Assembly: GCA_019120525.1 (NCBI GenBank)
Contig: DWUW01000015.1
Location: 1 to 44,096, forward strand
Length of the DNA: 44,096 bases
Reading direction: 5' to 3'
Source: Candidatus Eisenbergiella stercorigallinarum
GTDB taxonomy: Bacteria > Bacillota > Clostridia > Lachnospirales > Lachnospiraceae
Made by a program: the position numbers and the translations under genes. Under the pieces are notes generated by a model. It was not told the DNA's origin. It saw only the letters and a list, made by a program, of their open reading frames with translations, and did no database searches. Positions 26,081 through 36,595 of this stretch are shown here, piece by piece. Numbering within the stretch: the first letter of the stretch is position 1; every line of letters begins with the position of its first letter.

Positions 26081-27316
26081 TCAGATCCCGTCGCTGTTCA
26101 TCGCTTCATTCATCTGTTCCGTCTGCTCCGCCGCGTTTTCATGGGTCACGCTCTCATTCCGGATGGATTTTCCCATGTTTTCCACGGGCGTCCAGCAGTT
26201 GTTCATCTTGGAAACGAAGGGCTGCAGGATGGAGGTGTCGTTAAAGGTGTCGTTCTGCGCCGTCACCACCTCGTCCGCCTGGATCGCTTCTTCGGAAAGC
26301 AGCTGCGTATTGCAGGGAACCACGCCGCACATCTCATAATGCGCCTTCTGCGCTTCCGGAGAAGCCAGGAACACCGCAAGCTCCACCGCGGCCACCATAT
26401 TCTTCGCGTTCGGATTCACCCCGATGGCCTTGGAACCCGCATAGGCCAGCATCTGCTTTTCTTCTCCGTTCAGGGTAAACGTGGGAAGAGAGGCCACGCC
26501 CATGTTGTCTCCCAGCGCTTCCTTCACCGCGTTGGCGTCCCAGGAGCCGGAGAACATGGCGTTGATGCTGCCGTCACGAAGCCCCGCGATGCCGGAACCG
26601 TCCGCGTCGATGCGGAAGTTGGGATGGTTTCTCAGATCGATCAGATAATTGGTCGCATCCACCGCCTTCTGTCCGCCGAAATCCACGCCGGCCGCTTCAT
26701 CCGTTCCGTCCCCGAACAGCGTGCAGCCGTTTCCCAGATAAAAGGCCGGCAGGTACCAGGAATTGGTGAAGGGGAAGGAAACCACGCCCTTCTCCAGCAT
26801 GGTATCCAGATTCTGAATATCCTCTTCGGAAAAAACGCTCTTGTCATAGTACATGAACCAGGTATTGGTGGTAAAGGGAACCCCGTACAGATCCTCGTCC
26901 ATGATCAGGGAATCCAGCACCTCCGGCGTGTTCATGCTCTCGATCTCCTCCCGGTACTTCCCGCCGAACTTCGCCAGCGCGCTGGCGTCCGTCAGCGTGG
27001 TCAGGGTATCGTTTGCGAACATGAACACGTCCGCGCTCGCCTCCGGATCCTGCGATACCTGTCCGGCAGCGCTGGCCTCATCCGCCACGCCGTAAACAAA
27101 GGTGATATCCCATTCCGGATGCTCCTCCGCAAAGGCTTCGCACATGGTCTGAAGCCACTCTCCGTTGTCCTTCGACTGATCGTTCTGCGGAGACCAGACC
27201 ATCAGCCTTACCTTTTCCCCTCCGGACGCCGTCTCCCCGGAGGACGCGCCGCATCCCGCAAGTCCCGTGACGGCAAGCGCCGCCGCCAGTAAAAGCGCTG
27301 CTCCTCTTTTCCTCAT
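26081..27316 (-). CDS. Maltodextrin ABC substrate-binding lipoprotein
   Basis: Lipobox LAG-C, SBP family 1 features (ADVFMFAND, SGSWD) and gene context. Confidence 0.9.
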   Translation of the reverse strand: MRKRGAALLLAAALAVTGLAGCGASSGETASGGEKVRLMVWSPQNDQSKDNGEWLQTMCEAFAEEHPEWDITFVYGVADEASAAGQVSQDPEASADVFMFANDTLTTLTDASALAKFGGKYREEIESMNTPEVLDSLIMDEDLYGVPFTTNTWFMYYDKSVFSEEDIQNLDTMLEKGVVSFPFTNSWYLPAFYLGNGCTLFGDGTDEAAGVDFGGQKAVDATNYLIDLRNHPNFRIDADGSGIAGLRDGSINAMFSGSWDANAVKEALGDNMGVASLPTFTLNGEEKQMLAYAGSKAIGVNPNAKNMVAAVELAVFLASPEAQKAHYEMCGVVPCNTQLLSEEAIQADEVVTAQNDTFNDTSILQPFVSKMNNCWTPVENMGKSIRNESVTHENAAEQTEQMNEAMNSDGI

Positions 27317-27348
27317 TATTTACCTCCATGCCGAAGCGTTGTATTTTC

Positions 27349-27395
27349 CGAAACGCTTTTCCTCGAAACCGCCGAAAATGTTTCGTAATGTTTCG
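27349..27395. promoter_or_regulatory. Candidate LacI-type operators
   Basis: Imperfect CGAAACGTTTCG-like palindromes (27349, 27373, 27384) between the divergent SBP and LacI genes. Confidence 0.4.
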
Positions 27396-27567
27396 TTCTG
27401 ACCTCATAGTAAACCCGCCCGTCCGATTCGTCAATGCCGTTTTCCATATTCGCGGCGTTTTCTCTCTTTTAAACAGTTTCAGGCGGGCATTTTCAGCAAT
27501 GTTTACCAATTCCATTTCGTCTCTTTTTACAACTTTACGAAACTTTTTTATCTCCTCCAAAAACCGA

Positions 27568-27596
27568 TTGCCATTCCCCTCCTCTCCTTCTATAAT
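27568..27596 (+). promoter_or_regulatory. Sigma-A promoter of the LacI gene
   Basis: TTGCCA-N17-TATAAT. Confidence 0.7.
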
Positions 27597-27646
27597 GGAA
27601 TTCAGAAACAGCCCGAAAACAGGACCGCACCGGAAAAGAGGAAAAC

Positions 27647-28654
27647 ATGGCGACAATTCAGGATATTGCCGACAGGCTCGGCGTTTCAAAGGGAACGGTT
27701 TCCAAAGCGCTCAACGGCGCGCCGGATATCAGCGAAACTTTACAAAAAACGATTCTGGAGACCGCGGTGGAAATGGGATATACCAGGATCCGCAGGAAGG
27801 ACAGCCGGAAGCTCTGCATTCTCACGGAAAATCTGGAATATCAGGAGCCTCATCAGTTCGGATACGAGATCATCCTCGGCTTCCGCCAGATGGCGGAGCC
27901 TGCGGGATACCTCGTAGAGATCGTGGATGTTTCGGAACGGCTGCAGAAATCGGTTCCCTATGATGTTTTCATGATGAAGCACGACTATCCGGGCGCGTTC
28001 GTCCTGGGTTTCTCTTTAAGCGACCCGTGGATGAAGGACTTTGAGACCGCCCGGACGCCCGCCGTGCTGTATGACAACTATATTATGACCAATCCGCGTA
28101 TGGCTTATGTGGGAATCGACAATAATGAAGGGATGGAACTGACCGTGTCCCGTCTGAAGGCGCTGGGACACAGGAGGATCGGTTATCTGAGCGGCGCGCT
28201 TGGCTCCCATATCATGCAGGTGCGCCATTCCGCCTTTTTTCACGCCATGCGCCAGAACGGCCTGAAGGCGGATCCCGCGCTCACGGGAAGCTCCTATTAT
28301 ATCACCCAGTGTCTGGAAAAGCAGCTTCCCCGCCTGCTGGAGCAGGGCGCGACGGCCATCGTCTGCAGCCACGACCTGCTGGCGAACGCCGTCATGGTCC
28401 AGTGCCAGCAGCTCGGACTGCGCGTCCCCGCAGACATCAGCGTCACGGGCTTCGACGACCTGCCCATGTGCGCCTACACCTCCCCGCCGCTGACCACCGT
28501 CCGCCAGGAGCGCATCCAGCTGGGAAAGAGCGGCTACTACGCCCTGGACAGCCTGATGAACGGCGTGGCCATCGGCACCCTTCTGCTGCACGCGAGGCTG
28601 ATGGAGAGAGGGTCGGCGGGGGCGGTCAGAAAAAAAGGGGAGGGAGCGGTCTGA
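27647..28654 (+). CDS. LacI-family transcriptional regulator
   Basis: TIQDIADRLGVSKGTVSKALN HTH; VPADISVTGFDD; PPLTTV. Confidence 0.96.
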   Translation: MATIQDIADRLGVSKGTVSKALNGAPDISETLQKTILETAVEMGYTRIRRKDSRKLCILTENLEYQEPHQFGYEIILGFRQMAEPAGYLVEIVDVSERLQKSVPYDVFMMKHDYPGAFVLGFSLSDPWMKDFETARTPAVLYDNYIMTNPRMAYVGIDNNEGMELTVSRLKALGHRRIGYLSGALGSHIMQVRHSAFFHAMRQNGLKADPALTGSSYYITQCLEKQLPRLLEQGATAIVCSHDLLANAVMVQCQQLGLRVPADISVTGFDDLPMCAYTSPPLTTVRQERIQLGKSGYYALDSLMNGVAIGTLLLHARLMERGSAGAVRKKGEGAV

Positions 28655-28779
28655 TCTGAAAGACCAGCTCCCTCGTTTTTTCCTCCTCTCTCCTGCATTT
28701 TTTCCATAACCTGCGTTCAAAGGGGCAGGCGGCTGTTTTGCAGCCGTCTGCCCCTTTCCGATTTTTTCCGCGGGAAACA

Positions 28780-29589
28780 TCATTTCCCTTCGTCCTTTTT
28801 CAAAATCTCCTGGATCCATTCCAGCACCCGTTCGATGCCGGTATCCCAGTATTTCCACTGATGGTCCCCGTCCGCCTCTTCAAAGGTCAGGTCATACCCA
28901 TGGTCCGTCAGGAAATCTCTCAGCCGGAGGTTATCCTGATACAGAAAATCCTGTCTGCCGCACCACTGGTACAGCTTCGGAAGGCGGCCGCCTTTTTGGG
29001 CCGCTTCCTTTGCCAGATGGAAGAGGTCGTCGCCGCTTCCTCTGACCGGCCTGTTTCCGTATACCGGGTCAAAGGCATTCGGTTCCCCCTTCGCCTCTTC
29101 CCGGATCCGCTCCGCCAGGGCGGCCACGTCCACCGCTCCGGAGAGGGAGGCCGCCGCGCGGAACCGCTCCGGGAAGGCAAGCGCCAGCTTCAGCGCGCCG
29201 TATCCCCCCATGGAAAGCCCCGCCGCGAAGGTTTTCATCGGATCCGCGGTCATATGGGGGAACAGGTCCCGGCAGATTTTAGGAAGCTCCTGGGAGATAA
29301 AAGTCCAGTACCGGAACCCGATCGCCATATCGGAGTAAAAGCTCAGATGCGCCGCCGGCATGACGACGATGATCCCCTTGTCGCTGGCATAGCGTTCCAC
29401 GCTGGTCCTTCTTTCCCATACCGTATGGTCGCCGTTATACCCGTGGAGCAGATACAGGACCGGATAGGGCGGCGTAAACTGCCCGCCGTTCACCGGATTG
29501 ATGATGCTGATGTTCTGCGGAATGATCACGCTGAGATTCACGCTCATGTGAAGCACCTCCGAGAAGCAGTCCACTGTCAGAAAAGCCAT
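28780..29589 (-). CDS. Alpha/beta-hydrolase esterase (tributyrin esterase/FrmB-like)
   Basis: VLYLLHG, GLSMGGYGA nucleophile elbow, CGRQDFL and GDHQWKYWD. Confidence 0.9.
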   Translation of the reverse strand: MAFLTVDCFSEVLHMSVNLSVIIPQNISIINPVNGGQFTPPYPVLYLLHGYNGDHTVWERRTSVERYASDKGIIVVMPAAHLSFYSDMAIGFRYWTFISQELPKICRDLFPHMTADPMKTFAAGLSMGGYGALKLALAFPERFRAAASLSGAVDVAALAERIREEAKGEPNAFDPVYGNRPVRGSGDDLFHLAKEAAQKGGRLPKLYQWCGRQDFLYQDNLRLRDFLTDHGYDLTFEEADGDHQWKYWDTGIERVLEWIQEILKKDEGK

Positions 29590-29591
29590 GG

Positions 29592-30443
29592 TTACCTCCC
29601 CGCGAAATCGCCGCGCACGCTCCGGGCCGCCAGATCCGGCCGGTTGGTGATGATGCCGTCGCATCCGGCCTGCGCCAGCGCGCGCATTTCTTCCGGATCG
29701 TCGCAGGTATAGGGATTCACGCCGATGCCCCTGGCGTGCATTTCCCCTACCAGCGCAGGATCCTCCAGCACGCTGTGATAATCCGGATGCAGATAGTCCG
29801 GCCGATAGGGAAGGCTGTCCACAAGCTCCGTCAGCGTCTTCGTCTCTCCCGCCCTTTCCAGAAGCGTTTTTACATCCTGTACCGGATACTTTGACGCGAA
29901 GACCGCGGAAAATTCTCTTAAGAGCCCCTGCATTTTTTGATGAAAGGTCAGAAGCCCCACCCGGCAGGAGGCGTCCTTTTTCTTCAGTTCTCCCAGAAGC
30001 CGCGCGTCAAAGGAGGAATAGATGACCCTGTCCGCCAGTCCGCTTTCTCTCACTGCCTCCAGCACCTTCCCGGCGAAATCCACCTGCTTGTCCAGATGGG
30101 ATTTCAGCTCCAGGTTGATGATCTCCATATCCTTCAGGATGGGGAGCAGCTCCTGTAAGGTCAGGATCCGCTCGCCCGCGAACGCGGCGCCCTTATAGGA
30201 ACCGAAGTCATATTTCTTCAGCTCCTCCGTCCTCATCAGGGCGATCGCTCCCCGCCCGTTGGAGGTATTGTCGATATAATAATTGTGATGAATGACGATC
30301 TCCCCGTCTGCCGTAAGCTGCAGGTCGGTCTCGATCCCGTCCGCCGCAAGCTCATACGCCTTCAGGAAGGCGGCTCTTGTATTCTCGGGGGCATGGAAGG
30401 ATGCCCCCCTGTGCGCCATGATAAGTACCTGATTCCTATTCAT
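29592..30443 (-). CDS. Glycerophosphodiester phosphodiesterase
   Basis: AHRGAS..APENT, GIETDLQLT, NLELK and DGIITNRP. Confidence 0.93.
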   Translation of the reverse strand: MNRNQVLIMAHRGASFHAPENTRAAFLKAYELAADGIETDLQLTADGEIVIHHNYYIDNTSNGRGAIALMRTEELKKYDFGSYKGAAFAGERILTLQELLPILKDMEIINLELKSHLDKQVDFAGKVLEAVRESGLADRVIYSSFDARLLGELKKKDASCRVGLLTFHQKMQGLLREFSAVFASKYPVQDVKTLLERAGETKTLTELVDSLPYRPDYLHPDYHSVLEDPALVGEMHARGIGVNPYTCDDPEEMRALAQAGCDGIITNRPDLAARSVRGDFAGR

Positions 30444-31815
30444 TCAGCAGTTCGTTTCCTTTCGCTTCCAGTTCCGCCAGCGTGGTATCCACATCGGCGT
30501 CGTTTACCATGATCTCGGCCATATCGTTGGTCAGCTCTGCCTGGAATTCCACATAGCCCGGGTTGTTGGGACGCCCGGAGGAAATCTCAAGCTGGTCGAG
30601 CGCCACCTTGTACTGCGGATACTGCTCGTACCATTCCACCATCTTCGGATCCTCCGCCGCGCTCTTTCTGGTGGCAAGATATCCGGTCACGATGCTCGCT
30701 TCCACCGTCTCGTCCACGGTGGTCATGAATTTGATGTACTCCCAGGCGGCATTCTGCTGTTCTTCGGAAAGTCCGCTCAGCATGGCGATGTTGCAGCCTC
30801 CGGTGGTAACGCCATACTGGGTTCCCTTCGGAATGAACGCGGTCTGCAGGCCGAATCCAAGCTCATCGGCGATGGAAAGCATCTGGCTCAGTCCGCCGGT
30901 GGACTGGAAGAAGAACGCCGCGTCCTGGTCCATCAGGTCCGCGCTCATCTTGTCCGCTTCCGCGTAAGGGTACAGATGGGCGAGCCCTCTGTCGCGCAGA
31001 TCCTTAAAGTAGTTGATGACGGTCCGGTCAACCTCGTTGTCAACCGTGCACTGCGTCTCATCCTCGTTTACGGTAAAGCCGCCCCAGGTCAGCATGAACG
31101 CCTCATGGAACCAGTAGTTGATCGGCATGGAGATCCCGTACTTTCCGGTCGCCTCCTTTACCTTCTCGCTCGCCTCGGCAACGTCGTCCCAGGTCTCGAT
31201 CTCATCCGGGTTCACGCCTGCCTGCTCCAGCAGGGAGGTATTCATATATAAGATGGACGTGGAACGCAGGAAGGGAAGGGCATAGCAGGAGTCGTCGATG
31301 TAGCAGTTATACAGAAGGCCATCATGGAAATCGCCCATATCCATCCCCTCTGCCTCGATCCGGTCGTCCAGGCTCTGGATCATCCCGCCCTGGGCGAACA
31401 TTCCCACCGCTCCGATCTCCAGTACGGTCAGCTGCGGAGCCGTCCCGGCGATATAGGCCGCCTGGAGCTTCTGGTGCAGGTCTGTATATTCTCCCTGATA
31501 TTCGGCTGTTACGTGGATTCCCTTTTCCGCACCCACCGTGCTGTTGAACCGCTCCGTCGCCTCTCCGATATAGGTTTCCACCGTATCGGAATTGGCGAAC
31601 CAGAAGGTAAGTTCAATGGGATCTTTGCTTCCGGAGGAAGCCTGCCCGGAGGCCGCCTCAGAGGAAGCCCCGTCCTGAGACGCCTCAGCGGAGGATGCTT
31701 CTGTGGAAGCTGAGTTTCCCGCCGCGCTGGCGGAAGCGCTTCCGCAGCCGGCCATGGATGCTGCCATCGCCGCGGCAGCAAGGATTGCCATCGATTTACG
31801 GATCCATCTGTTCAT
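30436..31815 (-). CDS. UgpB-like ABC substrate-binding lipoprotein
   Basis: Lipobox MAG-C, Ser/Ala linker, LPFLRST and AAWEYIKF. Confidence 0.88.
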   Translation of the reverse strand: MNRWIRKSMAILAAAAMAASMAGCGSASASAAGNSASTEASSAEASQDGASSEAASGQASSGSKDPIELTFWFANSDTVETYIGEATERFNSTVGAEKGIHVTAEYQGEYTDLHQKLQAAYIAGTAPQLTVLEIGAVGMFAQGGMIQSLDDRIEAEGMDMGDFHDGLLYNCYIDDSCYALPFLRSTSILYMNTSLLEQAGVNPDEIETWDDVAEASEKVKEATGKYGISMPINYWFHEAFMLTWGGFTVNEDETQCTVDNEVDRTVINYFKDLRDRGLAHLYPYAEADKMSADLMDQDAAFFFQSTGGLSQMLSIADELGFGLQTAFIPKGTQYGVTTGGCNIAMLSGLSEEQQNAAWEYIKFMTTVDETVEASIVTGYLATRKSAAEDPKMVEWYEQYPQYKVALDQLEISSGRPNNPGYVEFQAELTNDMAEIMVNDADVDTTLAELEAKGNELLNE

Positions 31816-31895
31816 TTTTCTTTTTTCCTTTCTGTTTCCATTCTTTCTATTATGTTTCCATTCTTTGCTTCTGCGGTTTCCCGCGTTTTTCCATC

Positions 31896-31955
31896 TGCTC
31901 CGGCCCCATACGGGCAGGAATCTATTGCCCCAGCCCCGTACAGGCAGGGATCTAT
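31896..31955. repeat. 30-bp tandem duplication abutting the permease stop codon
   Basis: TGCTCCGGCCCCATACGGGCAGGAATCTAT followed by TGCCCCAGCCCCGTACAGGCAGGGATCTAT. Confidence 0.8.
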
Positions 31956-32773
31956 TTGACGCCCGTGTAGGCGAAAGCTTTTAAGATCTGCTTCTGAGCG
32001 ACGGCAAAGGCGATCAGGATCGGGACCATCATGATCAGGTTTCCCGCCATGATGATATGATTGGCGACGCCGCCGTCCACATCGCTCAGGGCCGTGATCC
32101 CCACCGGCAGGGTGCGCACCGCGTCGCTGGTGGTCAGCACTTTGGCCCAGAAATAATCGTTCCATGTCCCGATGAAGGTAAGCAGCGCCAGCGTAGCCAC
32201 CGTGCTGCGCGACATGGGAAGCATGATCCGGAACATGATCTTCAGCTCGCCCGCCCGATCCAGCCGCGCCGCCTCGATCAGCTCCTTCGGCACCTGGAGG
32301 AAGTTCTGCCTCAGCATGAAGATGCCGAACGCGCTCGCCGCCTGCGGCAGGATCAGCGACCAGTAGGTGTTGATCAGATCCAGCTTGCTGAGGATGAGGA
32401 ACACCGGGAGGAAGACCAACTGCGCCGGTATCATGGTGGTAGCAAGGACCGCGCCGAACAGCACGCCCCTTCCCTTAAATTCATAACGCGCGAACGCGTA
32501 GGCCGCCGGGACCACCGTGACCAACTGCAGCACGAGGACGCCCGCCGTAACGATCACGCTGTTTTTCAGATAATGAAGGAAGTCTATGGACTCGAACGCC
32601 GTCACAAAATTCACGAACTGCGGGTTCGACACCCAGAAGACCGGAGGCGACTGCAGCGTCTGCCCCAGCGTCTTGATGGAGGTCAGCGCCATCCAGTAAA
32701 AAGGGATGAAAAAGATCATGAGCAGCAATATGTTGATGACCCATCTCCCTGAATATCTTGCTATCTTTTTCAT
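31952..32773 (-). CDS. UgpE-like ABC permease
   Basis: LIEAARLD and WNDYFW. ATG follows GGAGG. Confidence 0.9.
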   Translation of the reverse strand: MKKIARYSGRWVINILLLMIFFIPFYWMALTSIKTLGQTLQSPPVFWVSNPQFVNFVTAFESIDFLHYLKNSVIVTAGVLVLQLVTVVPAAYAFARYEFKGRGVLFGAVLATTMIPAQLVFLPVFLILSKLDLINTYWSLILPQAASAFGIFMLRQNFLQVPKELIEAARLDRAGELKIMFRIMLPMSRSTVATLALLTFIGTWNDYFWAKVLTTSDAVRTLPVGITALSDVDGGVANHIIMAGNLIMMVPILIAFAVAQKQILKAFAYTGVK

Positions 32774-32789
32774 TTCAGCCTCCAATCCC

Positions 32790-33755
32790 TTATTGATAAT
32801 GCACTTTTTTCTGAAGCACGCTGAAATAGATCAGCGTCATCAGGCCGACGATCAGCATCAGCACCACCCCCATCGCGGACGCGTATCCCGTATGGTAGTA
32901 GACAAAGCCCTGCTGGTAAAGCTCAAAGACCATGGTATTGGTGGAATCCGCAGGGCCGCCGCCCGTCATCAGCGACACACATTCAAAGGTTTTGAACGAG
33001 CCGATGATCCCGGTCAGGATCAGGAAAAACAGGGTGGGTGACAGCATCGGCAGCGTGATCCGGAAGAATGTGGAAACCGGCTTCGCCCGGTCCAGGGCCG
33101 CCGCCTCATACAGATATCCGGGGATCCCCTGCAGCGCCGCCACAAAGATCAGCACATAATATCCAAGGCTTTTCCACACATTTACGATCACCAGGGACAG
33201 CATCGCCACCTTCGGATCTCCCAGCCAGTTCACCGGGTCCGCGCCGAACAGCCCCAGCACAAAATTGAACAGTCCCCTGTCCTCATCCATCATCCACATC
33301 CAGATGAAGGAAATGGAGACCAGGGAAACGATGTTCGGCATGAACATCACATTCTGAAGGATACGGTTGATCCTGGTATTGCTTTTCAGATAAAGGGCGA
33401 TCGCCAGGCTCAGAAGGATCGCGGCCGGCACCATCATCAGCATAAAGCGGAAGGTGTTTCCAAGGACCAGCCAGAATTCCTTATCCCGGAACATATCCAC
33501 GTAATTTTTCAGTCCAAGGAATTCCATGTCGGCGATCATGTTCCAGTCAAAGAAGCTGACATAGAGCATGTAAAACACGGGATAGATCACAAATACCGTA
33601 AAGATCAGCATCGCCGGCAGGATCATCAGGTAGGGAAGCATGCGGCGAAAAACCGTATCGGCCGTTTTTCTCTTTCCCGCAGCCCTCTCTTTTTTTAAGA
33701 CAAAAGGCTTTACCGGCAGGCCCGGCGCCTTTACCACATTGTCAGCAGCGTTCAT
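32790..33755 (-). CDS. UgpA-like ABC permease
   Basis: LYEAAALD, ITLPMLSP and MTGGGP. Confidence 0.9.
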   Translation of the reverse strand: MNAADNVVKAPGLPVKPFVLKKERAAGKRKTADTVFRRMLPYLMILPAMLIFTVFVIYPVFYMLYVSFFDWNMIADMEFLGLKNYVDMFRDKEFWLVLGNTFRFMLMMVPAAILLSLAIALYLKSNTRINRILQNVMFMPNIVSLVSISFIWMWMMDEDRGLFNFVLGLFGADPVNWLGDPKVAMLSLVIVNVWKSLGYYVLIFVAALQGIPGYLYEAAALDRAKPVSTFFRITLPMLSPTLFFLILTGIIGSFKTFECVSLMTGGGPADSTNTMVFELYQQGFVYYHTGYASAMGVVLMLIVGLMTLIYFSVLQKKVHYQ

Positions 33756-33792
33756 TTTTACCTCCATTCCGAAGCGTCACGGATCCTCTTTC

Positions 33793-34815
33793 CTACCCTC
33801 GCATCCGGTTTTCATTCCGGTCGAAAAAGCAGATGTCCTTCCGGGGGATCCACATCTCCACCTTTCCATAATGCCGTTCGTCGGTGTGGTAGTCCCTCGC
33901 CTGAATGCAGCCGAATTCCGTCTCGATCTTATAAAGGATCTCCGCGCCCAGCATCTCGCGGGTAAGGACCTTCCCCTCCATCCGGATCCCGTCCTGTGCT
34001 TCCCGGAAGGACACATGCTCGGGACGAAATCCCGCCCATACCGCTTTTGCCGGGAAATTCCAGGTAGCCAGGCATCCCGCGGCCTCGATCATGTTCATGG
34101 GAGGCGTTCCGATGAATTTGGCCGTAAACACATTTTCCGGATCCCTGTAAATTTCCTCCGGAGTCCCCTGCTGCATGATCTTCCCTTCGTGCATCAGCAC
34201 GATATGGGTTCCCATGGACATGGCCTCCGCCTGGTCATGCGTTACATAGATAAACGTGCTTCCCAGCTTCTCATGCAGCTCGATCAGCTCCGTCCGAAGC
34301 TGGGCCCGCAGCTTGGCGTCCAGATTGGACAGCGGCTCATCCATCAGGAAAACATCCGGATTCTTCACCATGGCTCTTGCCAGGGCCACTCTCTGACGCT
34401 GTCCGCCGGAAAGGGCGGACGGCTTCCGGTTCATATATCCGTTCAGTCCCGTGATCTCTCCGATCTCCCGGATCCTGCGGTCTCTCTCCGCCTTCGGCAC
34501 CCTGGCGTTTTTCAGGCCGAACTCAATGTTCCCCCTCACCGTCATCGTGGGATAGATGGCGTAGTTCTGAAACACCATGGCGATGTCTCTCTCCCCCGGA
34601 GGCACATCCTTCATATCCTCTCCATTAATGGAAAGCCTGCCTCCGCTCACCTCCTCCAGCCCCGCTATCATGCGGAGCGTGGTGGATTTTCCGCATCCGG
34701 ACGGCCCAAGAAGGATGGTAAAGCTTCCCTCCTGAATATCCAGGTTCAGGTCCTCGATAACCTGATCTTTTTTGTCATAAACCTTATCAACATGTTCCAG
34801 ACTGATCTTACTCAC
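33793..34815 (-). CDS. UgpC/MalK-like ABC ATPase
   Basis: GPSGCGKST, VFQNYA, LSGGQRQRV and DEPLSNLDA. GTG start after AAAGGA. Confidence 0.94.
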   Translation of the reverse strand: MSKISLEHVDKVYDKKDQVIEDLNLDIQEGSFTILLGPSGCGKSTTLRMIAGLEEVSGGRLSINGEDMKDVPPGERDIAMVFQNYAIYPTMTVRGNIEFGLKNARVPKAERDRRIREIGEITGLNGYMNRKPSALSGGQRQRVALARAMVKNPDVFLMDEPLSNLDAKLRAQLRTELIELHEKLGSTFIYVTHDQAEAMSMGTHIVLMHEGKIMQQGTPEEIYRDPENVFTAKFIGTPPMNMIEAAGCLATWNFPAKAVWAGFRPEHVSFREAQDGIRMEGKVLTREMLGAEILYKIETEFGCIQARDYHTDERHYGKVEMWIPRKDICFFDRNENRMRG

Positions 34816-35035
34816 GGGATCTTCCTTTCTTTTCCTTAATATAATCTTTCCGCCTCTGACGCGGCAGAACACAGCCCGTCGTTTTCAACTCTGTCATTTT
34901 ATCATCAGGCCTTCTTCCAAACTATCAGCTCCGGGTAAAACTCTGTAAGATTTTCTGTCTGTATATCAGCGGAAATGTAAAGAAACCAGACTGTTTCAGA
35001 AAAATGGAAAAGAACATGTAAATTACAATGAAAAA

Positions 35036-35076
35036 ATAAAAAAAGAACCGCCAGTCCCAAATTTTCGGACTGGCGG
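35036..35076 (-). terminator. Rho-independent terminator after hflX
   Basis: CCGCCAGTCC/GGACTGGCGG stem followed on the minus strand by a T-run. Confidence 0.75.
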
Positions 35077-35146
35077 CGTCAGCCGGGCGCTTCTTTTCAC
35101 ACTGCGGCGCCCGCGTATTTCACAGCGGCACAAGCCATCGTTTCCC

Positions 35147-36466
35147 TCATTCCCGCTCCAGGAACTCCCGCAGCCTCTCCTGATCCATCTCGCGGCAGCT
35201 TGCCGTGATTTTTACGCCCTCGGGCAGGTATTCGCAGGTACGGACCGCCGCGTTTTCATTCAGATAATTCACCAGGTCGCCCCGGCTGTAGGGAAAAAGG
35301 AAGGTGCATTCCCGGCTGCCTGCGTAAAGCTTTTCTTCGATCATGGAAAGCAGTTCGTAAATCCCATAGCCCTGCTTCGCGGACAGGTAAATACGGTTTC
35401 CGCTGATCCGTGGAAGCTCCTGCGGCTCCATGATTTTATCCGCCTTGTTCATCACATGGATGCAGGGGATGGTTTCCGCGCCCAGCTCCCGCAGGGTTTC
35501 TTCGGTCACGCGCATCTGCTCCCGGAAGCGCTCGTCGGAAGCGTCCACCACATTCAGGAGAAGATCCGCGAAACGCACCTCGTCCAGAGTGGAGCGGAAG
35601 GCCTTGATCAGGCCGTGGGGCAGGCGGCTGACGAAGCCCACCGTATCGGACAGGAGAAAATCCTTCCGGTTTCCCGGTTCGATCTTGCGCACCGTGGTAT
35701 CCAGCGTCGCGAACAGCATATCCTTTTCCATGACCATTTTTTCTTCCTTCACGCTGCCGCCCGCCGTGTCCGCGCAGGTGGTAAGCAAACGGTTCATCAG
35801 GGTGGATTTTCCCGCGTTGGTATAACCCACCAGCGCTGCGAGGGGAAGGGCGGATCTGCTACGCTTTCTCCTCTGGATATCCCGGTCATGCTCGATGGCG
35901 TCCAGCTCCCGGCCCAGCTCGTTGATGCGGCGTTCGATTTTTCTGCGGTCCAGCTCGATCTGCTTTTCCCCGGAGCCCTTGTTGCTCAGGCTTCCGCTGG
36001 CTCCTGCCTGCCGCCCCAGAGAATCCCGCATTCCCACAAGCCTGGGCAGCATGTACTGAAGGCTTGCGGATTCCACCTGCAGCCTGGCCTCTCTGGTTTT
36101 TGCCCGTCTGGAGAAGATCTCCAGGATCAGGCTGGTACGGTCCATCACCGAGGCTTCGATCTCCTTCTGCAGATTTTTCAGCTGGGAGGGCGAAAGGGCG
36201 TCCTCAAAGATCACATAATCGATGTCCAGAAGCTCCACCGTCTCCTGAATCTCCGCCACTTTGCCGCTTCCGATATAGTAAGCGGGCGTGGGGGAAGAAA
36301 GGCTCTGCTCCATCCGGGCGGCCACCTCCATGCCGCAGGCCTCCGCCAGGCTCCCCAGCTCTTCCATGGAAACGTCAAAATCCCTGTCGTTTCCCAGCCG
36401 CAGGCCGACAAGAAGGGCCCGCGGCGTCTTTTCCTGTGTATCCTGTGTATCGTAATTTCTTTCCAT
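35147..36466 (-). CDS. hflX: GTPase HflX (possibly HflXr-type paralog)
   Basis: GSGK, DRTSLILEIF, VGYTNAGKST, LFATLD, DTVGF and NKAD. Confidence 0.95.
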   Translation of the reverse strand: MERNYDTQDTQEKTPRALLVGLRLGNDRDFDVSMEELGSLAEACGMEVAARMEQSLSSPTPAYYIGSGKVAEIQETVELLDIDYVIFEDALSPSQLKNLQKEIEASVMDRTSLILEIFSRRAKTREARLQVESASLQYMLPRLVGMRDSLGRQAGASGSLSNKGSGEKQIELDRRKIERRINELGRELDAIEHDRDIQRRKRSRSALPLAALVGYTNAGKSTLMNRLLTTCADTAGGSVKEEKMVMEKDMLFATLDTTVRKIEPGNRKDFLLSDTVGFVSRLPHGLIKAFRSTLDEVRFADLLLNVVDASDERFREQMRVTEETLRELGAETIPCIHVMNKADKIMEPQELPRISGNRIYLSAKQGYGIYELLSMIEEKLYAGSRECTFLFPYSRGDLVNYLNENAAVRTCEYLPEGVKITASCREMDQERLREFLERE

Positions 36467-36595
36467 ATTTACCTCCCGTCCTGTCGGAGCATAAGCCGCT
36501 CCGACCCTCTTTGTCATAAATCTCTGATCCTCGCGCCCTGTATGCCAAACCGCTGCCAGGCACGGCTTTACAGTGCCGGGGCGCGTCAGGCCGTT

